A DNA stretch of 64,000 nt from Candidatus Korobacteraceae bacterium (GCA_049522855.1 JBEKNL010000016.1:3312-67311); one strand, 5' to 3'; shown: positions 1-10,219, counted from the first letter of the stretch. A program made the numbers and translations. The notes: generated from the letters alone by a model not told the origin.

Positions 1-488
1 ACAGAACGATTGCGATAAGGGCTCTCCTTCCCCGGCTCGTTAAGCGTACCGCGATACTGGCGAACTTCCTCGGCGCTTAAATCGCACACATAGGCCTTGC
101 CGACGTTGATCAGTTGCACCGCCCACGCGTGGAGCTGATCGAAATAATCTGAGGCGTAGAAGAGCCGGTCTTCCCAATCGAAGCCCAGCCAGCGCACGTC
201 GGTAAGGATGGAATCAACGTACTCCTGCTCTTCTTTTTCCGGATTGGTGTCGTCAAAGCGCAGATTGGTCTTGCCGCCGAACTCGGCCGCCAGCCCGAAG
301 TTGAGGCAGATGGATTTAGCGTGGCCGATGTGCAGATATCCGTTGGGCTCGGGCGGGAAACGGGTCTGCACTCGTCCGCCGAATTTGTTGGTCTTCAGAT
401 CTTCGAGGATGATGTCGCGTATGAAATTCGATGGCCGATCAGCTTGCGGAGTGGCAGCCGCCGCCACATCGTGGTTTGAGGTGGTCAT
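1..488 (-). CDS. glnS: glutaminyl-tRNA synthetase, N-terminal part (gene runs off the window start)
   Basis: Absent from the ORF track because it has no stop in the window. My minus-strand translation from ATG 488-486 reads [86 protein letters not shown]... This is the class I HIGH motif in the typical GlnRS context. Confidence 0.85.
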   Translation of the reverse strand, partial: MTTSNHDVAAAATPQADRPSNFIRDIILEDLKTNKFGGRVQTRFPPEPNGYLHIGHAKSICLNFGLAAEFGGKTNLRFDDTNPEKEEQEYVDSILTDVRWLGFDWEDRLFYASDYFDQLHAWAVQLINVGKAYVCDLSAEEVRQYRGTLNEPGKESPYRNRS

Positions 489-602
489 GATTCCTTCTGA
501 GTTCAGGGAAGCCCGACCTTGCCGCCATCCGTTGGTGGCAAGGTGAGCACCGCTGACCGAGAGTTCTATTTTACGTGGTCGCAGTGCGCGTAGCAGCTCG
601 GA

Positions 603-1103
603 CTACGGCCAGCAAATCTCGCTGAGCAGCACGGCCACGTGTGCGATGGCGGCGTTGTCGGTGTCCATGCCTTCCGGAGTCTTGGCTTTGATCCCCACAC
701 GCGAGGGATCGACGCCGAGTAACGCGGCGACGTGCTGCTGGATCGCCTTGGCATGCGGCCCGATCTTGGGGGCAGCGAGAATCAGCGTGCTGTCCACGTT
801 TCCCACCACGTAGCCCGCTTCTTCGATCTGCTTCAGCGCCTCGCGGACGAAGACCGCCGAGTCGGCGCCCTTCCATTTCGGATCAGTCGGCGGGAAGTAG
901 GTCCCGATGTCTCCGGCGGCGACAGCGCCCAGCAATGCGTCGGTCAGAGCGTGTAGCAGTACGTCGCCATCGGAGTGCCCGGCCAGACCAGCGTGGTGTG
1001 GAATCAGCACCCCGCCGATCTTCAGCGGGATGCCGGGCTGGAACTCGTGCGAATCCCAGCCAAAGCCGATGCGAGGTGTGCGTGGTACCTGTGAGTTTGA
1101 CAA
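603..1103 (-). CDS. ispF: 2-C-methyl-D-erythritol 2,4-cyclodiphosphate synthase
   Basis: 166-aa ORF with IGFGWDSHEF and GHSDGDVLLHALTDALLGA motifs typical of IspF. Confidence 0.93.
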   Translation of the reverse strand: MSNSQVPRTPRIGFGWDSHEFQPGIPLKIGGVLIPHHAGLAGHSDGDVLLHALTDALLGAVAAGDIGTYFPPTDPKWKGADSAVFVREALKQIEEAGYVVGNVDSTLILAAPKIGPHAKAIQQHVAALLGVDPSRVGIKAKTPEGMDTDNAAIAHVAVLLSEICWP

Positions 1104-1224
1104 GATTCGTTAAGGCCTAGCGGCGCGGTGTCGCCGCTCCGCGGCTCCGCTTGATTCTCAACCTGACCGCGGGCTCACGCCCACGGCTGAAACAAATTTC
1201 GCCCTTCGGGCTCGACCTTTACCT

Positions 1225-1965
1225 TCACCCGCCCAAGCTGGCCTTGCGGCGGTTCTCCTGCGAGAGAAAGAATTCCGCCAACTCCAGATCGGCGGGCGAG
1301 GTGATCTTCATGTTTCGCGGAGAGCCCATCACGACATGGACCGTCCCTCCGCTGCGCTCAATCAGAGAAGCTTCATCGGTGCCCATGAATCCGTCGGCGG
1401 CGGCTTCATCGAAGGCCTTCTTGAGCAGGCCGAAGCGAAACCCCTGCGGCGTCTGCGCCAGCACCATGCGCTCGCGCGGGACGGTCGCAATCACCACGGC
1501 GCCATCGGCCGTCCGCTCCACCTGCTTCACGGTGTCAACCGCGGGCACACCAGCGATCGCAGCCTCATACTTCTTCACCGCTTCAATCACGCCAACGATG
1601 GTGTCTTGGTCAACGAAAGGCCGCACCGCATCATGCACCAGGACGATGTCGTTGTCGGCCGCGTCGATGGCCGCCAGCGCATTGGCCACGGAGTTCTGCC
1701 GGTGCTCTCCGCCCTCAACTACGCGGACCGGTTTCTTCAGTTTCTCTTTTTCGATCTGCTTTTGAAAGCTGGTGGCCTCGTTCTTGCGCAGTGCCACCAC
1801 GATCTCGCTGACCGCCGGGCATTGCGCGAACTTGCGCAGCGTGTGAAAGAGAATCGGAGTTCCGTCGAGCTCGAAGAACTGCTTGCTCTTGCTCTTGGGA
1901 ACTCCGGCAGCGCTGGACATGCGCGTGCCTAATCCGGCTGCGGGGATGATGACAATGACCTTCAT
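1225..1965 (-). CDS. ispD: 2-C-methyl-D-erythritol 4-phosphate cytidylyltransferase
   Basis: MKVIVIIPAAGLGTRM nucleotide-binding N-terminus and IspD-like body. I moved the start from the track start 2007 to ATG 1965 (MKVIV). Confidence 0.9.
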   Translation of the reverse strand: MKVIVIIPAAGLGTRMSSAAGVPKSKSKQFFELDGTPILFHTLRKFAQCPAVSEIVVALRKNEATSFQKQIEKEKLKKPVRVVEGGEHRQNSVANALAAIDAADNDIVLVHDAVRPFVDQDTIVGVIEAVKKYEAAIAGVPAVDTVKQVERTADGAVVIATVPRERMVLAQTPQGFRFGLLKKAFDEAAADGFMGTDEASLIERSGGTVHVVMGSPRNMKITSPADLELAEFFLSQENRRKASLGG

Positions 1966-2121
1966 GCTGGGGAGCGCAGTATAAACGCCCGAGGCAGCCA
2001 AATACAAATCGCAGGGAAAGCGTTATGGTCCGCGCTCTTCTTTCGCGGGAGGCGGCTGACCGATGGACGAGTCGGTGTCAGGCTTGGTTTCGCACCGGGA
2101 CCCGGCGCTCCTCTGGCTTCT

Positions 2122-2211
2122 TCACGTGGGAACGCCCAGCTTAGGCAAAAGCCATTGCGTCAGCACCACGTACACAACCAGAATCAGGATTATTGGGACC
2201 CAGCCAGCCAT
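2122..2211 (-). CDS. candidate 29-aa single-TM micro-protein (MAGWVPIILILVVYVVLTQWLLPKLGVPT)
   Basis: ATG 2211 to TGA 2124-2122, starting 7 nt after the DUF2892 stop. One hydrophobic helix. Too short for the ORF track and no family recognised. Confidence 0.25.
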   Translation of the reverse strand: MAGWVPIILILVVYVVLTQWLLPKLGVPT

Positions 2212-2218
2212 GCCTCAA

Positions 2219-2419
2219 TTACACTCCACTCGCCGGCTTAACGCCACACTTGCGCAGGAATGCCATCATGGGGCACCAATTGGTGAAGGCCGACTGGAAG
2301 AGATTCAAGCCGACAAAGGCGGTGAACAGATACCAGTAGGGCGAGACCCAATGGCCGAGGGCGAGTGAGATCATGACAAAAGCGCCCGCGATCAGGCGCA
2401 CTGAGCGTTCGATGTTCAT
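2219..2419 (-). CDS. small membrane protein, DUF2892/YgaP-like
   Basis: 66-aa ORF with two hydrophobic segments and the ...[15 protein letters not shown]... motif. Its ATG overlaps the RND stop in an ATGA overlap (2419-2416). Confidence 0.7.
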   Translation of the reverse strand: MNIERSVRLIAGAFVMISLALGHWVSPYWYLFTAFVGLNLFQSAFTNWCPMMAFLRKCGVKPASGV

Positions 2420-5400
2420 ACCTGTACCTCCGAAGGGGCCGGCGCGGACTCCAAGGCGGGTGGCGCCGGCAGTTTGCGTTTTTCAACCATGTAATACAGC
2501 ACCGGGACGGCCATGCGCGACAACAGCGTCGAGGCCACTTCCCCGGCCATGAGAGAAATTGCCAGACCCTGAAAAATCGGGTCGAACAGAATTACGCTGG
2601 CGCCCACCACGACCGCCGCTGCGGTTAGCAGCATGGGGCGGAAGCGCACCGCGCCGGCATCGACCACTGCGTGTTCCAGCGTCATGCCCTGCTCCCGGCG
2701 CAGCTCGATGAAGTCCACCAGGATGATCGAGTTCCTCACGATGATTCCGGCCCCGGCAATGAAGCCGATCATCGACGTCGCGGTGAAGAATGCGCCCATC
2801 AGCGCATGTGCCGGCAGGATGCCCACCAGCGTCAGCGGGATGGGCGCCATGATCACCAGCGGCGTGACGAAGGACCGGAACCATCCCACCACCAGCACGT
2901 AAATTAGCACTAGCACGGCGGCGAACGCCAGGCCAAGGTCGCGAAAAACTTCGATAGTGATGTGCCACTCGCCGTCCCACTTCATCGCCAGGCGGTCGGT
3001 CTCGCTGGGCATGGCAACGTTGTACTGCTTGATCTGGTATCCATCGGCAGTCCTCAACTGGTCGATGGCCTTGCCCATCTTCATGATGGCGTACACCGGG
3101 CTTTCTTCCTGCCCGGCCACATCGCCCAGCACGTACACCACCGGGCGCAGGTTCTTGCCGTAGCGAGTGATGTCGATGGTCTTCTTCTCGACAATGGTGA
3201 CTTCGGCGATTGACACCTGCCCGCCACTCGCACCCACCCCAACAAGTCCAAAACCGGGACTTGTTGGGGACCCCGGAGCGGTCGGCATACGCATCGCAGT
3301 CAGCGACTCGATGGCCGAGCGTCCCGGGCGGTCGAGTTGCACGCGAATGGGAACGTCTTCGCGCGACTTGGGATCGTGCAGCAAGCCCGCGGTTGCGCCG
3401 TCGAGCCCGATGTGCACGGTCTCGGCCACCGCCGCCGCAGAAACGCCGTTCAGCGCGGCCTTGTCGAGGTCCACCTTGACGTCGTACTTCACCTGCGGGT
3501 CTTCCACGTACCAGTCCACATCCACAACCCCAGGCGTGGTCTGAAAGATCTGCTTGATCTTCTTCGCCATCTCGATCTGCTGCTGGTAATCCGGCCCCTA
3601 CACTTCCGCGACCAATGTTTCGAGTACGGGAGGACCGGGCGGCACCTCGGCGAGCTTTAACCGCGCGCCATACTTGTTGCCAATCTCGACCAGGTCAGGC
3701 CGCAGCCGCTTGGCGATCTCGTGGCTTTGCGCGCTTCTCTGGTGAACATTCTGCAGGTTCACCTGGATGTCGGCCTGGTTAGCGCCGTGCCGCAGGAAGT
3801 AATGCCGCACCAGGCCGTTGAAGTTGTAAGGACCCGAAGTGCCGGCGTAGATCTGGTAGTTCACTACTTCGGGCTGCTTGCCGAGATACTGCCCCAGTTC
3901 TTGCGCGACGCGGGTTGTCTGTTCCAGCGTGGCGCCGTTCGGCATGTCAACGATGAGCTGGAACTCGCTCTTGTTGTCGAAGGGCAGCATCTTGACTTTG
4001 ACCAGCTTGAATGCCACCAGCGAGCAAGCGAGCAGCAGCAGCACAACCAGCTCCCGAGAAATAGCCAGCGCCGTCTTGCGTGCGCAACCAGTGGGTCCAT
4101 GATTCGACGGTAGAGGCGCGTCGTCCAGCCCTCGGGTTCGTGCTCGTTGGTGACGCGTTCAGCGTAATGGCGCAGCAGGCGCAGCGCCGACCACGGTGAA
4201 ACGATGAACGCCACGATCAGCGAAAACAGCATGGCCGCCGATGCGCCCACCGGAATCGGCCGCATGTACGGCCCCATCAGACCGCGCACAAATGCCATGG
4301 GCAGAATGGCGGCGATGACGGCGAAGGTCGCCAGGATTGTGGGATTGCCGACTTCATCCACCGCTTCGACCGCGATCGCACTCAGATTGCGTCCGCAGTT
4401 CGCTGGCATGCGAAAGTGGCGCACGATGTTCTCCACCACAACGATGGCGTCATCCACCAGAATGCCGATGGAGAAGATCAGCGCGAACAGGGTCACGCGG
4501 TTCAGCGTGTAACCGAAGAAGTAGAAGATGAACAGCGTGAGCGCCAACGTGACCGGAATTGCGATCAGCACCACGCCCGATTCGCGCCACCCCAGAGCCA
4601 GCGCAATCAGCAGCGTGACCGAAAGCGTCGCGATCAACAAGTGTTTCAGCAATTCATCGGACTTGTCCTTCGCGGTCTCACCATAGTTGCGAGTGACGGT
4701 GACGTTCAGGTCCGGTGGCAGCAGGTATCCGCGCAGCGACTCGATCTTCTTCTCCGCCGCCTGGGTAATGTCGGTCGCGTTGGTGCCCTTGCGTTTGGCC
4801 AGGGTGATGGTCACCGCCGGATAATCGCCGCGCACGGGGCCGTTCGCCGCCGCGCCGTTGGCGTAGAGAACGTAATCCTCCGGCTCGGCTGGGCCGTCGG
4901 CGATCGAAGCGGCAACATCGCGCAGATAGACTGGCCGTCCCTGACGCACGCCGACAACAATCTGTTGCAAGTCATTCGCGGTCCCAAGGAACCGTCCCGC
5001 TTCGACGGCGAACTGCTGGTTGTCGCGGGCAAAGCTGCCGGCATCGCCGCGCGCATTGGCTTGCTGCAACTGCGCGACCACCGCTCCCGGCATCATGCCG
5101 TATGCCGCCAGCTTCTGTGTGTCGAGGGTGACGCGCACCTGACGGGGCAGGCCGCCGATGATCTTGGTCTCGGAGACGTTGTCGAGTTGCTTGAGCTGAT
5201 TTTCCAGCTCGCCCGCAATCTGCCGCAGTTGATAGCTGTCGTAATTCTTGCCCCACAGGGTCAGCGCCATGATTGGCACGTCGTCGATGGAGCGAACTTT
5301 AATCAGCGGCTGCGAAACGCCTTGCGGTATGCGGTCGAAGTTGGAGTACAGCTTGTTGTAGGTCTTGACGATCGCGTCTTCTTCCTTCGTCCCCACGTAG

Positions 5401-5723
5401 AAGCGCACCACCAGCAGGCTCATGCCGGGCTGGGAGATGGAGTACACGTACTCCACGCCCGGCACCTCGCGCAGCAGGCGCTCCATGGGGATGCTGGCGC
5501 GCTGCTCGACTTCGGCGGGCGATGCGCCCGGCATCTGCACGAAGACGTCGAGCATGGGCACGACAATCTGCGGCTCCTCCTCGCGCGGGGTTTTCCAGAT
5601 GGCGAAGGCGCCCAGCAGCAGCGAGGCAGCCACGAACAGCGGCGTCAGCTTCGAGTTGATGAAAGAGCGGGCGATCAGCCCGGCGATTCGAAGCGGAGTT
5701 TTTCCTCCGGCCGCCATCGTCAT
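2416..5723 (-). pseudogene. RND (AcrB/CzcA-type) efflux permease, disrupted by one frameshift and one in-frame TAG
   Basis: Three track ORFs (3864..5723, 3598..4044, 2416..3570) together give one roughly 1100-aa RND permease. The frame changes near 4053-4055 (...RRWLFLG | [30 protein letters not shown]). TAG at 3600-3598 interrupts ...[21 protein letters not shown] in frame. Confidence 0.8.
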
Positions 5724-7039
5724 TGCGCTCCGATTTGCTTGCCGCTTAACTCGCGACCGCCGGGCTGGGCGACCACCTGGTCGCCAGCTTCGAGTCCCGA
5801 GAGGACCTCGACCTGCTGAGCGGAAGGGGTACCCAGCGTGACGTAACGCAGGCTGGCGAGCTGGTCTTTGCCCACCACGTACACCGTATCCAACTGTCCG
5901 CGATGCAGCAGCGCGGTTTGCGGAACGAGGATTGATCGGCGCTCTCCGCGCGCGAAGCGTGCGCGGCCGAACAACCCTGAACGAATTTGTGAATTCACCG
6001 GAAGATCGATCTTCACCGTGAACGTGTGGCTGGCCGGATCGGCCGCGGGAACAATCTGCACAATCTTGCCGGTGATCGTCTGGTCGCCGAGCGCATCAAC
6101 CACAACCGGGACCGTTTCACCCAGACGGACCGCGCCCATCTTGCTTTCGTCCAAGGTGGCTTCCAGGCGGAAGTGGCCCGCGTCTTCGACGATCAGCAGC
6201 GGGACGCCCGGAGTCGCAATCGCGCCGGCGTCCGCCAGCTTGGCGGTCACCAGCCCGTTAAAGGGCGCACGAATCTTGGTGAAGCCCATGGCCGTGCTCG
6301 CCTGGGAGACTCCCGCTTCGGCCTGCGTGCGACCAGCGTGGGCGGCATCGCGTCGCGCTTTGGCGGCGGCCAGCTTGGTCTTGACCTCATCGAACTCCTG
6401 CGGGCTGACCGACTTCTTGTCGTACAGCATCTGGTAGCGCTTCATCGTCGATTCCGCGAGCCCGTAGTCCGCATCGGCGGCGGCGATGTTTTCCTGCGAG
6501 GCTTGCAGTCCGGCATTGGCGCCGGAGTAAGCGGCACGCTGCTGGGCTTCGTCGATTGCGATCAGGACTTCGCCGCGCTGTACCCGATCGCCTTCATGTA
6601 CGTTGACGCGGGTGATGGTCCCCATGACCTGGCTGGAAAGTTGCGCCGACTGCGACGCGCGCACAGTGCCGGTGGCCTCCGTGAAATCTGGGACGGTGGT
6701 GCGTTGCGCGGTGAACAGCGTGACGTCGCGCACGATTTCGGGCGCGCGCGTCGTGGTTGGCTTCTCGCCGGAGCAAGCGGTGAAAGTGAGGAGGAGCACC
6801 AGTGCGGAAAGAAGCACACAAAACCAGCCCCGAATGGGGCGAAAGAGCTTAGCCCAGCGCTTCACCGGGGTCCCCAAGCCCGCGCCGCTTTTGCGCGGGT
6901 TGGGGTGGTCGAGCGCTGGGTAGAGTGGCAAATGAGACCGAGTCCCGTAGGGACGGCACAGGTCGTGACACAAACCCTGAAGGCCCGCTCTACTCAAATT
7001 GCGTCCATCTTCCGATTTCACCAACTGCTCGTTCATCAT
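5720..7039 (-). CDS. RND efflux periplasmic adaptor (membrane fusion protein, HlyD family)
   Basis: Lipoprotein-like LLLTFTAC signal, coiled-coil region and beta-barrel body typical of MFPs. ATGA overlaps occur at both ends (7039-7036 with the OMP gene, 5723-5720 with the permease). An alternative GTG start at 6865 would place the repeat at 6851-6960 outside the CDS. Confidence 0.85.
   Translation of the reverse strand: MMNEQLVKSEDGRNLSRAGLQGLCHDLCRPYGTRSHLPLYPALDHPNPRKSGAGLGTPVKRWAKLFRPIRGWFCVLLSALVLLLTFTACSGEKPTTTRAPEIVRDVTLFTAQRTTVPDFTEATGTVRASQSAQLSSQVMGTITRVNVHEGDRVQRGEVLIAIDEAQQRAAYSGANAGLQASQENIAAADADYGLAESTMKRYQMLYDKKSVSPQEFDEVKTKLAAAKARRDAAHAGRTQAEAGVSQASTAMGFTKIRAPFNGLVTAKLADAGAIATPGVPLLIVEDAGHFRLEATLDESKMGAVRLGETVPVVVDALGDQTITGKIVQIVPAADPASHTFTVKIDLPVNSQIRSGLFGRARFARGERRSILVPQTALLHRGQLDTVYVVGKDQLASLRYVTLGTPSAQQVEVLSGLEAGDQVVAQPGGRELSGKQIGAQ
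6851..6960. repeat. REP-like interspersed element (cccagcgc...gcgctggg hairpin plus gtcccgtagggac hairpin)
   Basis: agcccagcgcttcaccggggtccccaagcccgcgccgcttttgcgcgggttggggtggtcgagcgctgggta...gagtcccgtagggacggcaca. The same two-hairpin unit recurs at 11085-11175 and three times at 32990-33165. Confidence 0.7.
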
Positions 7040-8460
7040 TGCGTCACCACCGGAGAAGCGGAAGTCAGTGTCCCAGTCGCCAGCTCGACACCGGCGTAGC
7101 TGGTTTGCACGCGGTACACCGCCTGCCAGTAGTCAGCCTTGGCGCGATGCGCGGCCTCTTCGACGCGCAGCAGATCGCTGACCGTGTTCAGGCCGCCTTC
7201 GTAGCGGTTCTGGTTGATGCGCAGGCTTTCGTCCGCTTGCGTGATCGCGCCACGCGCGACTTCGACCTGCTGGCGTGCGGCGTCATATTCGTAGTAGGCC
7301 TTGCGCACTTGCAGCCGGATTTCGTCGCGATAAGCGTCGCGCATTGCTGCCGCTCTCTCCTGCACCGCCTTTTCGCGGGCGATGTGTGCTCTCTTGCTGT
7401 CACCGTCGAACAGATCGAACTGCAACTCCGCGCCGGCGATCCAGTTGTTGCCGCCGTTCCATCCCGGGGAAGGGCTGTCGGTCTCCCACGAACCGAAGAC
7501 GTTCAGCCGGGGAGCCAGTGCGCCCTTGGCCATCGATAAGCTCTTGGCTTGCGCGCTGCGCTCCGACTCCACGCGCTTCAGGTCGGGACGTTTTTCCAGC
7601 GCCTTCAGTTCCAACTCCGCAGCGGTCGCAGCCGGGAATTGGCGCTCCGCCAGCGCCTCCTGCGGTTTGTAGGCGGTATCGGCAGGCATCCCGAGAGCCA
7701 GCGCCAGTTGCGCGCGCGCCAGCGCCAGGCCGTTGCGCATCTGGATCAGTTCCTGTTTGCGCCGCGAGGTCACCACCTGTGCGCTCAACCAGTCCGAGTC
7801 CACGGCCAGGCCGCTCTCCACCCGCACCTGGCTGCTGGCCTCGATGGCTTGCGCCGTTCTCAACGCGTCTTCGGCCACCTGTTCCTGCTTCTGCGCCAGC
7901 AGCACTCCGAAGTAAGCCTGCACAGCCTGGTACACCAGCTCCTGGTCAGTGCGGTCCAGTTGCTGCGCGACCGCTTGCCGCATGTATTTCGCGCGGCTCA
8001 CGCCGAACCAGCTCTGCAGGCCGTCGAACAGACTCCACAGCCCGGAGAAACGGCTGGAGAAATTGCCGATCGGGGTTGGCGTGTTCAGCTTGTTCAGCGC
8101 GAAGTCGGCGGCGGTGAAGCTCTGCTGCCGCAGTCGCGTGCCGAAAACAAACACGGGATCATTTCCGCGAAGTGCGCTCTCGGTGAACATGATTTTCGGC
8201 ATGAGCGGCGAGCGAGCTTCGCGAATGTCGGCTGCCGAAACGCGCGTGTCCGCCAGTGCGGCCTTGTGCAGAGGATTCTTGTCCAGCGCCATGCTGACGG
8301 CTTGCGGCAGGGTAAGCGGAGTCGCGGTTTGCGCGGCCAGCGGCATTGCCAGCATGGCCGCGAGCGCAATGAATCGCACGATGTGTGTCACTGCAATTCT
8401 CGGCGATTGCGAGCGGCTTCTCAGGAAGGCCGGCATCGGTGTGAGTGGAACTCCCAACAT
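7036..8460 (-). CDS. TolC-family outer membrane efflux protein
   Basis: 474-aa ORF with a signal peptide (AMLAMPLAAQ) and the duplicated OEP repeat pattern. First efflux gene of the operon. Confidence 0.88.
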   Translation of the reverse strand: MLGVPLTPMPAFLRSRSQSPRIAVTHIVRFIALAAMLAMPLAAQTATPLTLPQAVSMALDKNPLHKAALADTRVSAADIREARSPLMPKIMFTESALRGNDPVFVFGTRLRQQSFTAADFALNKLNTPTPIGNFSSRFSGLWSLFDGLQSWFGVSRAKYMRQAVAQQLDRTDQELVYQAVQAYFGVLLAQKQEQVAEDALRTAQAIEASSQVRVESGLAVDSDWLSAQVVTSRRKQELIQMRNGLALARAQLALALGMPADTAYKPQEALAERQFPAATAAELELKALEKRPDLKRVESERSAQAKSLSMAKGALAPRLNVFGSWETDSPSPGWNGGNNWIAGAELQFDLFDGDSKRAHIAREKAVQERAAAMRDAYRDEIRLQVRKAYYEYDAARQQVEVARGAITQADESLRINQNRYEGGLNTVSDLLRVEEAAHRAKADYWQAVYRVQTSYAGVELATGTLTSASPVVTQ

Positions 8461-8462
8461 CC

Positions 8463-8906
8463 TTACGCCCCGGCCAATGCGGTTTCCATCGCCGGCACAA
8501 TCTCGAACGTGGTGTGCAGTTCGGCGCTCAACTTAACCATGGCGCCGACCGAGCAGTACTTCTCTTCCGAGAGGCGGATAGCGTCTTCCAGCGCCTGGGG
8601 CGACACATCGGTACCGGTCACGATGTGGTGGATGCGAACCTGGGTGAAGACCTGCGGCGGGTCCGGCGTCTGGTCAGCTTCCACTTTGACTTCGTAGCCG
8701 GTGACCTGCTGACGCTTCTTGCGCAGGATGTTGATGACGTCGAACGCCGTGCAGCCGGCTAAGGCGACGGCGACGAGTTCGATGGGCTTCGCGCCGGTGT
8801 TTCCGGCAGCGTCGTCAAGCAGGAAATGGTGGCCAGTACCGCTGGTAGCAACGAATTGCCGATGATTGCCGAGAGGTTGAGTCAAAGTTACGCTTGCCGA
8901 GATCAT
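8463..8906 (-). CDS. OsmC/Ohr-family protein
   Basis: ...KPIELVAVALAGCTAFDV... and ...EEKYCSVGAM... give the two conserved Cys contexts of OsmC. Start set at ATG 8906 (MISASV, GGAG 9 nt upstream) rather than track start 8951. Confidence 0.8.
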   Translation of the reverse strand: MISASVTLTQPLGNHRQFVATSGTGHHFLLDDAAGNTGAKPIELVAVALAGCTAFDVINILRKKRQQVTGYEVKVEADQTPDPPQVFTQVRIHHIVTGTDVSPQALEDAIRLSEEKYCSVGAMVKLSAELHTTFEIVPAMETALAGA

Positions 8907-9127
8907 GTCATTCTCCGTGGTGTAAGGAGCCTTTGGGGCTCCCTGGCCCATTACATCCGGGCCACACGGATAAACGCAGTGACAGGGCGCACCGTTACAG
9001 GAATTCTGCGGGGGCTATCGAGAAATTTCCCAATTCGGGAAAAGGCGGCTGGCGGACGGTGTCGGGCTAACGCGATTCCAAGGTTACTGTATCTCCAAGT
9101 AGAGCAATGCCTTAGCTCTTAATTCGC

Positions 9128-9158
9128 CTGTCATCCTGAGTCGAAGGACCCCTATAGC
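9128..9158. repeat. short copy of the gtcatcctgag / tcgaaggacccc interspersed element (no internal hairpin)
   Basis: ctgtcatcctgagtcgaaggacccctatagc. The same flanks occur at 27838, 34610 and 41145 with variable GC-rich cores. Confidence 0.7.
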
Positions 9159-9204
9159 TTGTAAGAAATCACGGGGTGGACGCCACAACCACTCTGTGCC
9201 GGCG

Positions 9205-10101
9205 CTAATTGCGGACCGCCCGGCTCTTTCGTCCCAAGGCCGTGAGCGCCTGCTGGTACTTAGGCAACAGCTCTCTGCGGAGCTGTTCGGCGCGGCGGGA
9301 ATCGCACTGCGGCTGATACGAGCGGCACTGGGCCACGGCGTTCTTCAGGCTCGCCAGGAACGCCTGGCAGGGCTGGCAGTCGTGCAGATGCAGGTCCATC
9401 TCCTCGCACACCGCATCGTCGATGACGCCGTCCATGTAATCGGAAAGCGCGGCAAATAACCGGCGGCACCGCTGCGATCGGGGCGCCTCGGCGCTGGCAT
9501 GCAGGACCAGGCCGGTGGCGGGGCGGGCCTGGGACAGCCTGGCCAACTCCTGACGGACCATCAGCCGCGCGCGGTGCAGCCGGACCCGCACCGTGCCTTC
9601 GCGCAAGTCCATGATCCTGGCCACTTCGGCTGTGCTCAGCTCTTCCATGTCGTGCAGCACCAGCACCATGCGGTACTGCGGAGGCACCTGCAGAATCGCC
9701 TGCTTCAGTTGCTCGGCGCTTTCGCTGTTCAGCAGGGCTGCCTCCGGATTGGGCGCTGCGCTCTGCATCAGGTCTTGCAGCTCGCCGCTGTTGGGCATCA
9801 ATTCGTCCAGCGATAAGTTCTTGGCGGGCGAGCGCTGGCTGCCGCGATGGCTGCTGATGCAGCGGTTGCGCGCCACCTTGTACAGCCATACGGTCAGCGC
9901 CTGCGGATTGTCGAACTTGGCGAGGTGCGGGATGGACTTCAGCAGCACGTCCTGCATAGTGTCCTCCGCGTCCTGGGGATGGCCGCAGACTTTCATGCTG
10001 AAGGAATAGACGGTGTTCTGCAGCAGCGCCAGCGCCCGGTCCGTCGATTCCGGCTGGTTCTCGCGAATCAGTTCCAGCGCCTGCTCTACCGCTTGCGACA
10101 T
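9205..10101 (-). CDS. ECF sigma-70 family factor fused to a C-terminal ZAS (HxxxCxxC) anti-sigma-like domain
   Basis: Sigma region 2 (DVLLKSIPHLAKF, WLYKVARNRC) and region 4 (LSTAEVARIMDLREGTVRVRLHRARL) are followed in the same frame by about 105 aa containing C212, C232, H238-x3-C242-x2-C245. Confidence 0.85.
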   Translation of the reverse strand: MSQAVEQALELIRENQPESTDRALALLQNTVYSFSMKVCGHPQDAEDTMQDVLLKSIPHLAKFDNPQALTVWLYKVARNRCISSHRGSQRSPAKNLSLDELMPNSGELQDLMQSAAPNPEAALLNSESAEQLKQAILQVPPQYRMVLVLHDMEELSTAEVARIMDLREGTVRVRLHRARLMVRQELARLSQARPATGLVLHASAEAPRSQRCRRLFAALSDYMDGVIDDAVCEEMDLHLHDCQPCQAFLASLKNAVAQCRSYQPQCDSRRAEQLRRELLPKYQQALTALGRKSRAVRN

Positions 10102-10219
10102 GTGTTCAGGTTAGCTGATACCCTGTCGCCGAGCCAATCTGTTTGAGCGAAATGAGTGATGAGTTCATGCATCGTAAGCGGAGGCGGTGACATCTGGGAT
10201 GAGCGAAGGAGTGCTGCCT

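Noticed and set aside
3598-3600. Programmed stop-codon read-through or a non-standard amino acid at the in-frame TAG of the RND gene
   Set aside because: No supporting context is visible. The same gene also carries a frameshift, so simple inactivation or sequence error is the more economical reading.
10102-10219. ECF-type promoter (GAAC-N16/17-CGT) in the divergent region next to the sigma factor gene
   Set aside because: Only loose half-matches occur on either strand, such as GAAC without a correctly spaced CGT. This is not enough to call.
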